From assembly GCA_027623195.1 (NCBI GenBank), contig JAQBUT010000018.1, positions 1-64,000 on the forward strand: DNA of 64,000 nucleotides. Reading direction: 5' to 3'. The position numbers and the translations under genes are program-made. Source of the stretch: Chloroflexota bacterium (lineage in GTDB: Bacteria > Chloroflexota > Dehalococcoidia > Lucifugimonadales > JADFKI01). Shown here one piece after another: positions 19,419 to 28,570 of this stretch; position 1 is the stretch's first letter; each line of letters starts with the position of its first letter. The notes below the pieces were generated by a model. It was not told the origin of the DNA. It did not search any database and saw only the letters and a list, made by a program, of their open reading frames with translations.

Positions 19419-21248
19419 TTAGCGCCGGTCCAGCCAAACGTTATCCCATTTGTGCAGTTCGTACCATGTGAAGAAGTCGCTGTCGTTGGGCATCATTCCC
19501 TTGACATCGTCGTTCCAACCCCAGTAGACAATTTCGCTGTTGATAGTAGGTATTGCGGGGGCCTCTTGCAGCAGGAGCGTGCGTAAATCATTAGTAATGG
19601 CAATACGCTTATCCAGGTCTAGCTCCAACTCGAATTCCCTCATAAGCTGATTGAACTCATCGTTACGCCAGCGGGAGAAGTTGTTGTCGCAGAGTTGCTC
19701 ACCGCAGACGCCATAGGCGTTTCTGAAATAGTCGCTGGGGTCCCCGGCAAGCGACTTAGAAGAGCCGAGGGCAACATCGTAGTTGCCGTCGACGGTGTCT
19801 TCAATGTACTGAGAAACGTCCGAAAGCCGGATTTCTCCTTTGATTCCAAGCCGTTCTAACAGCATGGCCTGTAAGGCGGGCATTTGTGTCCTCTGGTCGG
19901 GAGTCTCACGAGTGAGAAGGTCCAGAGTGGGAAATCCTTCGCCATCGGGATATCCAGCTTCGGCCATCAGGCGCTTGGCCTCGGCCAGGTCCTCCTCGGT
20001 AGGGGAGCGGATGCCGGGAATCTTGGCAGATTCCGACGACGACAAGGCATAGGGAGTGCCGGCAACGAAGAATTCGCCCCACTCGATACCGATGATGTCC
20101 TTCACGGTTTCCACCAGAATCGGCGCATCCACGGCCAGCATCATCGCCCTTCGTACCAGAGGATTATCAAGGCCTTCGTGCTCAACGTTCAGGTTCACCA
20201 TGCCTGCAGTAAAGGAGTGCATTCTGGCCTGATTGAAGCCTTCCTTGTCGGCAATGTTCCTACCGTCCTTGGGAGCAAGCCACATCGTCCAGTCGGTTTG
20301 TCCGCCAAGAAGCGCAGCAGTATTCTGGGGCGTCCACGCAACGAGCCAGACATGCTCGATACGGTCAACGTACGGAGCGTTGGGATTCCAGTAGTCGACG
20401 TTCTTTTCCACGACCCACTTGTCATCGTCCCGGGACATGTACTTGAATGGCCCAGTGCCGGGATGGTCGTCTATCTGGCGGAGGTTCCCATCATTGGCGT
20501 CAAGGACGTCCTTTTTGACGATGTGGTTCCACTCTGAGGCGAAGGAAGCCAGCATGGTGTCAGGGGCTCTCGGCTCCTTCAAGACGAACTCCACAGTATA
20601 GTCGTCAGGCGTGACTACGGATTCCACTGCCTGGAAGAAGACCTGCCTCAGGCTGACGAGGCCCTCTCTAGGGAAGATGATGCGGTCATAAGTGGCTTTG
20701 ACGTCCGCAGAGGTAAGCTCAGCGCCGTCGTGGAACTTGACTCCCTTGCGCAGGAAAAATCTGTAGGTCTGGCCGTCAGGAGATATCTCCCAACTGTGCG
20801 CAAGGTCCGGCACTATGGGAACGCTCGAAGTTCGCGGGTCGTGCCGAAGAAGGGTGTCATACATGGCGGACTGGGAGCCGTGATTGGCAATAGTCACCGA
20901 GGCAGCCATGTCGAAGTGGGCAGGTGGTCCGTGCGCGCCAAGGCGTAAGGTGCCGCCGCGCTGGGGGAAGGCATCGAGAGTTTGCATGAAGAATTGGCCT
21001 TCGCTAACAGGCCCGGGGGTCGCTATTACGACAACCTCTCGGATTACTTCCTTCTCTACCTCCTTCACGACCTCGACCTCTCTTACGACCTCCACCTCCT
21101 TAACGACCTCGACAGGGACTTCCTTAATCACCTCTTTTATGACCTCAACAATTTGAGGCTCTGGCGCGGCCGCGGGGCTACTGGCGCAGGCCGCAAGAAA
21201 CAGCGAAGAAATCACGGTGACCAGTAATGCTGTTGAAATCCTCTTCAA
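19419..21248 (-). CDS. ABC transporter substrate-binding lipoprotein, family 5, with Val/Glu/Lys-rich N-terminal repeat
   Basis: TTG start after GAGGAGGAG; lipobox LAAC; RGGTLR, PDLAHSW, LRKGVKFHDG, GTGPF, VRRAM. Confidence 0.88.
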   Translation of the reverse strand: MKRISTALLVTVISSLFLAACASSPAAAPEPQIVEVIKEVIKEVPVEVVKEVEVVREVEVVKEVEKEVIREVVVIATPGPVSEGQFFMQTLDAFPQRGGTLRLGAHGPPAHFDMAASVTIANHGSQSAMYDTLLRHDPRTSSVPIVPDLAHSWEISPDGQTYRFFLRKGVKFHDGAELTSADVKATYDRIIFPREGLVSLRQVFFQAVESVVTPDDYTVEFVLKEPRAPDTMLASFASEWNHIVKKDVLDANDGNLRQIDDHPGTGPFKYMSRDDDKWVVEKNVDYWNPNAPYVDRIEHVWLVAWTPQNTAALLGGQTDWTMWLAPKDGRNIADKEGFNQARMHSFTAGMVNLNVEHEGLDNPLVRRAMMLAVDAPILVETVKDIIGIEWGEFFVAGTPYALSSSESAKIPGIRSPTEEDLAEAKRLMAEAGYPDGEGFPTLDLLTRETPDQRTQMPALQAMLLERLGIKGEIRLSDVSQYIEDTVDGNYDVALGSSKSLAGDPSDYFRNAYGVCGEQLCDNNFSRWRNDEFNQLMREFELELDLDKRIAITNDLRTLLLQEAPAIPTINSEIVYWGWNDDVKGMMPNDSDFFTWYELHKWDNVWLDRR

Positions 21249-21349
21249 TTGAGACTCCTCCTCTATTCGATGACAATCTGTCACATGCACACAGTTTTCC
21301 CTATGTGCAATCAGGTTTTTAATCTAAATGGTGGCCTTAGATGCCAACA

Positions 21350-21378
21350 ACTATAAGTCCTCATATTAGGGATGTCAA
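21350..21378 (-). promoter_or_regulatory. sigma70-type promoter of second ABC cassette
   Basis: Minus strand TTGACA-N17-TATAGT. Confidence 0.65.
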
Positions 21379-21473
21379 TCGTACCCCAACGACTTCGACA
21401 TCAATTGCTCAGTGGGTAAGAGTCGTGATTTGCGCGAACCACACAACACCCTGGAGAGACATCCTGTGGCCGG

Positions 21474-22931
21474 TTAAATCTGTCTTAACCTGGGATCGAA
21501 ATGGTCGCGCAGCCAGTCTCCCAAGAAGTTGAGGGAAACCACGACTAGTGCGATGGCCACGCCGGGAATAACCGCAATCCACCAGGCTGAGCCAATGTAG
21601 TCTCTGCCGTCCGATACCATACTGCCCCAGGCAGGATTGGGGGGCGGAATGCCCACGCTCAGGAAGCTTTGTGTGGCTTCAGTGAGTATGATCTGCCCCG
21701 TGCCCAAGGTAGCAACCACGATTAGCGTATTTGTTACACCCGGAAGCAGGTGTCGGAAAATGATTCGAGTAGGCGACGCATCAGCCACTCTGGCGAGGGA
21801 TACGTAGTCCATCTCTTTTATTTGGAGGACCTCGCCCCGGATTTGTCGCGCCGTACCGCCCCAGGAAAAGATCGCTACAATTACGAGAAGGGTTCCGAAG
21901 CTTGCTCCAAAGACTCCGACTGCGACTAGCGCCGCCAAAATAAAGGGCAACGCATTTTGTAGATCAACAATGCGAATGAATAGCTCATCGATGTGCCCCC
22001 CGAAGTATCCCGAAGCTGCGCCGATGACGGCTCCCACAGCGATAGTAATCACCATAGTTGCGCCGGACATAGCGGCAAGCACCTCGAAAATAACGGCGAA
22101 GTCCTGATTTTGCATCCCCATGCCGCGCGCTGCTGTAAGAAACTCGTTGGTGACGGACGAGGTTGGCAGGGGAACATCCATCTCTTTGCCCAATTCCAGG
22201 GCCAGACTCAGGTCCTTCTGCATCATGTTCACATCGAACCAGGCCTCGTCTGGCATATCCAGCACGAAGGGGCCTCGGTACTTGATCATGGGCGACGCTA
22301 TGACGCTATTCAATAGCACCTCAACGGCGGTCTCGCGCTTGATGCCACTCTTCTCAGCCAGAAGAACGCCCTCACAGAATGCCAGCATCTGGACCACGAG
22401 GCTGAGGTTCGTCGCAACTTTCATAGTGACTGCCAGGCCATTTTCGCCGACGTAATTTACGGTAGGCCCGATGGCCTCCAGTATCGGCTTGACCGCCTCG
22501 AAGGCCTCAGGGTCGCCCCCAACCATGAGCGACAGGGTGCCCTGCTCCAACGTAATGACGCTGCCGGAGACCGGGGCATCCAGCATTTGCGCCCCAGTAC
22601 CCAAAACCTGTTTGGCGAGGTCCCTGCTGGCGGCCGGGCTCACGGTGCTGATGTCCACGTAGAACTTGCCTGGACTCAGGCCTGCCAGCACGCCGTCGGG
22701 ACCGCCCGTGATGGCATAAAGTGCCTCGGTGTTGGAAACCATGCTCAGCGTGTATTCAGAGGCCTCGGCGACGGCGCGCGGCGTATCGCCCCATAGCATG
22801 CCATTGTCCAACAGCTCCTCTGCCTTGGACCTGGTGCGGTTGTATCCGGTCACTGTGTGGCCCGCATCCATGAGGCGCTGGACCATGCGGCTCCCCATTA
22901 CGCCCAAGCCTACGAATCCGATATTCGCCAT
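21474..22931 (-). CDS. Chimeric ORF: near full-length 3-hydroxyisobutyrate-dehydrogenase-family NAD(P) oxidoreductase fused in frame to a 5'-truncated, decaying DppC-type permease
   Basis: IGFVGLGVMG, YNRT, DAPVSG, MKVATN, KDL; after ~22060 GAASGYFGG...RHLLP...GDWLRDHFDPRLRQI; start ATG 22931 (AGGTGG SD). Confidence 0.8.
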   Translation of the reverse strand: MANIGFVGLGVMGSRMVQRLMDAGHTVTGYNRTRSKAEELLDNGMLWGDTPRAVAEASEYTLSMVSNTEALYAITGGPDGVLAGLSPGKFYVDISTVSPAASRDLAKQVLGTGAQMLDAPVSGSVITLEQGTLSLMVGGDPEAFEAVKPILEAIGPTVNYVGENGLAVTMKVATNLSLVVQMLAFCEGVLLAEKSGIKRETAVEVLLNSVIASPMIKYRGPFVLDMPDEAWFDVNMMQKDLSLALELGKEMDVPLPTSSVTNEFLTAARGMGMQNQDFAVIFEVLAAMSGATMVITIAVGAVIGAASGYFGGHIDELFIRIVDLQNALPFILAALVAVGVFGASFGTLLVIVAIFSWGGTARQIRGEVLQIKEMDYVSLARVADASPTRIIFRHLLPGVTNTLIVVATLGTGQIILTEATQSFLSVGIPPPNPAWGSMVSDGRDYIGSAWWIAVIPGVAIALVVVSLNFLGDWLRDHFDPRLRQI

Positions 22932-23047
22932 TTTCTTGACCACCTACACACGATTGTGGCATAGCGTATCCACAATACTTGGTTCGATATAACTCGAATT
23001 TCTTTTCCTATTGTGAACCACATCCAGCGCGTTTAGCCTATCAAATA

Positions 23048-23081
23048 AGTATGGCCCCCGGACGTATCAGGGGGCCATACT
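23048..23081 (-). terminator. Intrinsic-terminator-like hairpin after DUF3500 gene
   Basis: agtatggccccc...gggggccatact stem. Confidence 0.7.
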
Positions 23082-23111
23082 AGATTAGCTTCTTAGCCAG
23101 GTTACCAGTGA

Positions 23112-24110
23112 CTAGTCGATGTGGTACATGATGCGGTGCTCACGAATCACGTCGTTCGCGAAGTCGTTGTTCACGTCGCGAATCACCGAGTGGATGTGAT
23201 TGGCATCGTTCTGGAAGTTGTCGAATTCGACAACGAAGGTACCGCCGTGAATCCTGTAGTAATGCTTGTCGGCCCTGGTAGTGCCGCCATGCCACGAGAA
23301 GAAGAAGTCGTCGATGCCCTTCTTTTGAATTTCAGCCATCTTCTGGTCAGCAAATTCGCCTCGGACCTGGTTCACGTACTCCGCAATGAGAGACATTAGA
23401 ATCTCCCGCTGTGAGCCGGTCATCTCCGACGCAGGAAGCCCCTCTCCCTCGGGCAGCGATGGCCTGGTAGCGTTGTAGGTGTAGATGTCCCACGGCGCCT
23501 TTTCGTGCACGATAGCCCTAACGCGCTGACTGGCATCCAGAGAGTTCAGCAGCTCGAATCCTGTGTCCTCCCTGACGTGTAGGACTCGTTGGCCCTGCTT
23601 GGGACCCTTGGGAACCTCTGCGGGGTTGGCCCCAAAGAAGAACGGCGTCGAGGCTATGATGTTGTCGCCCCAGATGCTGAACTGCACCGAGATGTGATGT
23701 CCCTCTACACGCCAAGCCCAGGGGCCGTCTCCACCCGGTTCGCCGAAAATGGTCCAGTAGTAGAGATCGGGCCTTCTTTCCCAGCCCACATTGTCTTCCT
23801 CAGCCTCCAGGGGGCCAAGAATGTCCTCGAGTTCCATGATTAGCTTGGAGCGGTTGTAGCCCTCCTCGCTCATGGTGGTCTTTATGACGTTCATCGCCAG
23901 TTCGCGCTGGGAATCGTTCATATCCCGTAGCGGCAGTCCCTGCCTGTTAAGCGGCGGGTAGTACCAGAAGAACCGTTCGCCCTTGGTGTACTCGATCATC
24001 GCCTTAGCCTTCTGGTCTCCGGAAAGGCTAGCCAGGAATTTCTTTGCCGCCCCGGTTATATCAGAGGCCGCTGCCGCATGTGCGTGGCCGTGCTGGATTT
24101 CTGTGGCCAA
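23112..24110 (-). CDS. DUF3500 domain protein
   Basis: FLASL...QKAKA, YYWTIFGEP, WAWRVEGHH, TPFFFGANP, YYRIHG...VEFDN..NHIHSV.RD..NDF. Confidence 0.85.
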   Translation of the reverse strand: MATEIQHGHAHAAAASDITGAAKKFLASLSGDQKAKAMIEYTKGERFFWYYPPLNRQGLPLRDMNDSQRELAMNVIKTTMSEEGYNRSKLIMELEDILGPLEAEEDNVGWERRPDLYYWTIFGEPGGDGPWAWRVEGHHISVQFSIWGDNIIASTPFFFGANPAEVPKGPKQGQRVLHVREDTGFELLNSLDASQRVRAIVHEKAPWDIYTYNATRPSLPEGEGLPASEMTGSQREILMSLIAEYVNQVRGEFADQKMAEIQKKGIDDFFFSWHGGTTRADKHYYRIHGGTFVVEFDNFQNDANHIHSVIRDVNNDFANDVIREHRIMYHID

Positions 24111-24193
24111 GTTCGTCTCCTCCCAATTTCAGGTTCAATCAAACAGTGAGGTCCCCATATTTCGGGGTTGTGTGGGAACCCAATATTGCAGTG

Positions 24194-24223
24194 AGTTTAT
24201 TATCGGCCTTCTAATCCTGTCAA
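24194..24223 (-). promoter_or_regulatory. sigma70-type promoter for DUF3500 gene
   Basis: Minus strand TTGACA-N18-TAAACT. Confidence 0.5.
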
Positions 24224-24376
24224 CAGACGCGTCTTTAATGTGCCACAGACCTATCGCTAATTGGGGACTAAGTGCGCAGGAAATGCTTCAGGTCACCTGA
24301 AGTGTGGCTTCACATATTTCGCATAATATTCCGTTTGTTGATCGTACTCCGTCCACCGTAAGCTGATTATCCAAGC

Positions 24377-25348
24377 CTATTCCCAGACTGCGAAGACCTT
24401 GAACGATATCTGAGACTGAGCGTCCAGCGCGTCCAGGATTTCGGCTGGCCTATCGCCTACAACACCCAGCGTTATCATCCAGTTCAGGAATTCGTGATCG
24501 CCGGAGGACTGCAACTCTTCTGGCGTAAGCTCCGCCAGCTTGCTGCCCTGGCCACTACGAACCAGCTCAAGATTTCGGTGGTCGAACTCGCTGTCGAAGG
24601 CGCATCGGTCGAACTTCTCAGTCAGGAAGAAGTGTGACCAGCTTGAAGACGCTATCACGGCCACACGCTCGGACCTGGTGTCCAGGAAACGGCGTATGGA
24701 CTGGCCCAGTTCGTGGCAGCGCTTGGCCGTGGGCCTGGGAGGATAGCCGTCGCCAGCCTCCTCGCCGAGGCAGTTTACGAACAGCGGCAGAATGGGCAAT
24801 TCGCCGTCCTGGTCCAGGTACATTAGCGGGTTGATGTGGGCGTGGGGCAGGCCCCACTCCCATCCAGCCAGTTCTGTGGAAGATGACATATCAAAGCCGT
24901 CACGGATAACGAATTTGACGAGGTCGGTCGCGAACTTATCCGGGCAGTTGTAGGAGAACTTGGTCTCCGGCTGAATCTTCCACACGTTATTGTCGTCGCT
25001 GGCGGCGTGGAAAGGGTAACCGTCCACCTGCGAGCCTGTGTACATGCAGAACGTGGGCAGATTTTCACGCTTGAAGTTCTCTGCTTGGTCGTCGCCTATG
25101 AGTATGACCGCGTCGGGTTTCCACGCGTGCAGCTTCTCGCGAAGAACGGCGAAGGCATCCATGATGCGCTGGTGATTAATCTTGTCCTGGGTCAGGCCGT
25201 TATCGTCGCCCAGGTCGGAAACCAACTCTTCAGGGGGCTGGTAGTTAGGAATACGCCCACCCAGGCCCTTCCTTACGTTCTTCCAATGCTCCGGTGGAAA
25301 CAAAATCATAGGTGCGTGGGTGCAGCCAAGTCCTAGTATCTCCGCGAT
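24377..25348 (-). CDS. Class III extradiol ring-cleavage dioxygenase beta-type subunit (LigB/MhpB/CarBb-like)
   Basis: GLGCTHAP (upstream of the track's ATG), KPDAVILIGDDQ.ENF, LPHA, LFVN, RVAVIASSSWSH, GDHEFLNW; probable ATC start at 25348. Confidence 0.8.
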   Translation of the reverse strand: MAEILGLGCTHAPMILFPPEHWKNVRKGLGGRIPNYQPPEELVSDLGDDNGLTQDKINHQRIMDAFAVLREKLHAWKPDAVILIGDDQAENFKRENLPTFCMYTGSQVDGYPFHAASDDNNVWKIQPETKFSYNCPDKFATDLVKFVIRDGFDMSSSTELAGWEWGLPHAHINPLMYLDQDGELPILPLFVNCLGEEAGDGYPPRPTAKRCHELGQSIRRFLDTRSERVAVIASSSWSHFFLTEKFDRCAFDSEFDHRNLELVRSGQGSKLAELTPEELQSSGDHEFLNWMITLGVVGDRPAEILDALDAQSQISFKVFAVWE

Positions 25349-25449
25349 ATCTTACCTCCGGGTTCCCCTGATTAATTTGGATTTACAATAACGATACTCT
25401 TTTGATTCGTAATATCTTTTGCTCTTTTCCTTTGCGCCATGCCCTCGCG

Positions 25450-26145
25450 CTATGACCTAGCTATCGGATTGAAGACCAGCCAGGCGGCCTTGTTCGCGCC
25501 GATGGCTCGCCATTTGTGGTCGGCATGAGGCGGCACGAGAACGGCATCACCCTCGGTAACTGTGTACTCCTTGCCCTCCACGATGAGCAGACAGGAGCCG
25601 TCAAGTATAAAACCCATGTGCTCCCACTCATGCCCGTGCATAGGGCTGTTGTCGTTTCCGCCCAGGCAGCGGTGCGCCGTCATGTAATTGGTCGCACCTT
25701 CAGGCGTGGATATGACGGGCTGCGCCGGTCCCGGCACCAGGCCAAGATCCGCCAGGTTGCGGATGACAGGGACCTGCCCCGTGCCCTCGCCGCCGTCGTT
25801 CTGTGCGCCGCCGCTCTGCGCTGCAATAAGCGGGTTGACCTCGATGCGCCGCAGCACGCCGGGGCCACCGCTGTTCAGCGTGTAGTGATCGACGTTCGGT
25901 GGCACGTATATGGCGTCACCCGCCTTGACCGGGTACTCCTTGCCGTCGCACACCAGCGTGCCGGTGCCCTCAATGATGTACACCTCGTGCTCCCACTCGT
26001 GGATGTGATGAGGGCTGGTCCTGCCTGGGTCTATCTCCAGGTAGGTCATGGTGCATGTGGGTGGGTTGTCGTCCAGCCAAATAAGCCTGGCCGATGCTCC
26101 GTGGGGCTCAAAAAGGCCCTTGTGACTTCTTATAACAGGTTCCAA
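25450..26145 (-). CDS. Bicupin protein
   Basis: Two cupin motifs HHIHEWEH...PPNVDH and MHGHEWEH...PPHADH; TTG start with AAGGAG. Confidence 0.85.
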   Translation of the reverse strand: MEPVIRSHKGLFEPHGASARLIWLDDNPPTCTMTYLEIDPGRTSPHHIHEWEHEVYIIEGTGTLVCDGKEYPVKAGDAIYVPPNVDHYTLNSGGPGVLRRIEVNPLIAAQSGGAQNDGGEGTGQVPVIRNLADLGLVPGPAQPVISTPEGATNYMTAHRCLGGNDNSPMHGHEWEHMGFILDGSCLLIVEGKEYTVTEGDAVLVPPHADHKWRAIGANKAAWLVFNPIARS

Positions 26146-26252
26146 AAAATTCTCCTTTTTTAATAGAAAGCAAAACGATATATGCTGGCGTTCGTTCGGG
26201 TTCCGGTTGATGCCGACTCCCCAACTTAAGATTTACGAAAGTGGACGGTCCT

Positions 26253-27362
26253 CTATCGAAAGGAAGGCAGGACCTCTTTGCCGAAAAGGTCGATGGATTT
26301 CTTGACCGTGTCCCGGGGCATGTGCCCGAAGACGTGATGCGCGCAGAACACGTCGTGGCCGATCAGGTCTCGCTGTTCCATCATCTTGCGTGTCACCGTG
26401 TCCGGACTGCCTACAATGGCAATGCCGTTGTCCACCCAGAAGTCGTAGGACCTGCCACGCTCCCGAAAGATGCGCTGCAACTCCATCTGCTCCGGCGTGG
26501 GCTCATGGTTGGCGTATCGATTGTCCAGGCCCAGAGCCATGCCCGCTCGAGCCATCGCGTCCCGGCCAGAATCGTCGAACTCAGGGTCGGGCTCCCGAGG
26601 CATAACGAGGTGTGGCTCCGCTTCCGCCCTGGCCTGCTCGTCGGTCTCCGCCACGTGGACGTGTCGCGTGAGGAATGCCTTGGGCTTGGGATCGTCGTGG
26701 CCATATGCCTCACTCAGTTTGCGCCAGTTGGCGAATTTCTCCCCTACGACCGGGTCAGTGTCTATGTTTTGCGACACGCTGAAATTCATACGGGCTGCGT
26801 ACTCGAAACTTGCCGCGCTGTGTGCCGCAAACCAGACGGGCGGATGAGGGTCCTGGTACGGCTTGGGCGTAGTAAGCACCTGGATAAACTTAAAGAACTC
26901 GCCGTCGAATGTGACGGACTGCTCCGTCCACGCCTGCAAGATGATTTCCAGCACCTCTTCGCTGATCTTGCGGCGCTTTTCGAAGGGTACGTTCCAGCGA
27001 ATAAACTCGTGGGGTGAAACTCCGGTTCCTGCCCCGAATTCCAGCCTTCCCCTGGAAAGCTGGTCCAGCATGGCAGTGTCCTGCGCCAACCGAATGGGCT
27101 GGTGAAAGGGTAGCTGGTAGATCATCATGCCAAAGCGAATGACACTGGTGGCCCGCGCCAACGCAGTCAGGTAGATGTTGGGCGCGCTGAGGTTGCTCAA
27201 TGCCGACGTCTGGTGCTCTATCGAGAAGTAGTACTCGTAACCCATCTGCTCCGCCTCTTGTGCGGTGCGGATGTGGTCGTCATAAACGTCGGCGGCCACG
27301 GGCGATTCGGCCATGACCGCCGGACTGAACACGTCGTAAAGGCCTATTTGCATTCTTTCCAT
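26253..27362 (-). CDS. LLM-class (luciferase-like) flavin-dependent monooxygenase
   Basis: AEQMGY...EHQ, LARATSVIRFG, PIRLAQD.AMLDQLSRGRLEFGAG, PKPYQDPHPP, IVGSPDTV, LFGKEVLP; ATG 27362 after GGGAGG. Confidence 0.9.
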   Translation of the reverse strand: MERMQIGLYDVFSPAVMAESPVAADVYDDHIRTAQEAEQMGYEYYFSIEHQTSALSNLSAPNIYLTALARATSVIRFGMMIYQLPFHQPIRLAQDTAMLDQLSRGRLEFGAGTGVSPHEFIRWNVPFEKRRKISEEVLEIILQAWTEQSVTFDGEFFKFIQVLTTPKPYQDPHPPVWFAAHSAASFEYAARMNFSVSQNIDTDPVVGEKFANWRKLSEAYGHDDPKPKAFLTRHVHVAETDEQARAEAEPHLVMPREPDPEFDDSGRDAMARAGMALGLDNRYANHEPTPEQMELQRIFRERGRSYDFWVDNGIAIVGSPDTVTRKMMEQRDLIGHDVFCAHHVFGHMPRDTVKKSIDLFGKEVLPSFR

Positions 27363-27442
27363 TTTAAAAGACCTCCCGAGCGGTCCCACTCAATGCAGGG
27401 TTGAGAACACCAAAAATCGCTTTGCCCGAAACCCAAAAATAA

Positions 27443-28315
27443 TCAATTGCGAACGTACTTGTCCACGTTGCGGAATGTGGTCAGGCCAAGGTAAATATCC
27501 CTACGGGAATCGACCCATAGGCCGTGGGCATGGCGCACAGGCCACCTGTCGACGATTTCGCCGTCACCATCGCGAATCGTCAGGCAGTCCGGGTTGCCGT
27601 CGTAAGCCTGCTCTGCGATATAGAACAAGCCATCCCTGTCCTGGACCATATTGTTGGGGCCGCCCATACCGGTCCACATGGTTATGAACTCGCCATCGGC
27701 CGTGAAAATCTGAATGCGTTTGTTGGCCCGGTCGCAGACGTAGACCTTCTCGTCGGCGTCCACCATGATGCTGTGGGGAAGCTGGAACTGGCCCGGCTCC
27801 GTGTTGCCGGGGGTGCCCCAGGAGTTCTTCAGTTGGCCATCAGCAGAGAACCTGTGGATTCGGCTGTTGCGGTAGCCGTCGGAGACGTAGATGTCGCCGG
27901 ACGGTCCAGGGGCCATCTCCGTTGGGAAATTGAAGGGTCCGGCCGCTCGCGGGACCAGTTCGCCGGCGACTTCGCAGCCCGTATCCGAGTAAAAGCCGCG
28001 CTGGCCCAGAATCTGGATGGGTTTGCCGTCCAGGCTGAACTTAACGGCGACGGAACCTTCCCTGTCCGTGATGTACACCAGGTCGTTGGCGATGGTCAAA
28101 CCGTGGGGCGACTCGACGGCGCCGTTGCCCCAGGAGTTAAGGAAGTTGCCGTCCTTATCGAACACCATCATCACCGGGTCTTTTCGCTGGAAGACGTACA
28201 GGTTGTCCTGCGAGTCAGTGGCAACAGAACTGACTACGCCGAACTCTTCTCCGGCGGGCAGCCTGGGGAAGTCCAGAATTGCTTCGTATTTGGTCTGTGT
28301 GCCAACGATTGTCAT
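27443..28315 (-). CDS. NHL-repeat beta-propeller, peptidyl-alpha-hydroxyglycine alpha-amidating lyase-like
   Basis: VATDSQDNLYVF.R, PHGL, FNFPT, YVSDGYRNSRIHRF, GQFQLPHSI, DRAN.RIQIF. Confidence 0.85.
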   Translation of the reverse strand: MTIVGTQTKYEAILDFPRLPAGEEFGVVSSVATDSQDNLYVFQRKDPVMMVFDKDGNFLNSWGNGAVESPHGLTIANDLVYITDREGSVAVKFSLDGKPIQILGQRGFYSDTGCEVAGELVPRAAGPFNFPTEMAPGPSGDIYVSDGYRNSRIHRFSADGQLKNSWGTPGNTEPGQFQLPHSIMVDADEKVYVCDRANKRIQIFTADGEFITMWTGMGGPNNMVQDRDGLFYIAEQAYDGNPDCLTIRDGDGEIVDRWPVRHAHGLWVDSRRDIYLGLTTFRNVDKYVRN

Positions 28316-28500
28316 GTTTTCATCCTCCCGGGGGCTAAGGTTTTTCTTTCATGGGAAATGCCTCGAACGTTGAGGCGTGAACGCATGTTGAAGACAAAGT
28401 CTCTATGGCGATGCAGTTTAGCCGGGCCGTGGTTGCTTGGCAAGAGAGGCGATTGTTGGGTAGTGGGTTTGAGGGGGACCGTTCACACATGCAATACCTA

Positions 28501-28527
28501 TGTCATTCCGAGCGCATAGAGGAATCT
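28501..28527 (+). repeat. Short interspersed palindromic repeat (TGTCATTCCGAGCG..GAGGAATCT)
   Basis: Related to 12084..12129. Confidence 0.55.
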
Positions 28528-28570
28528 AAGGCGTTAAAGTATTAAGCGAGCGTCGTCTTGTTGGCAGGCG

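Noticed and set aside
27524..28519. 331-aa + strand ORF
   Set aside because: Antisense shadow of the NHL gene running into repeat DNA
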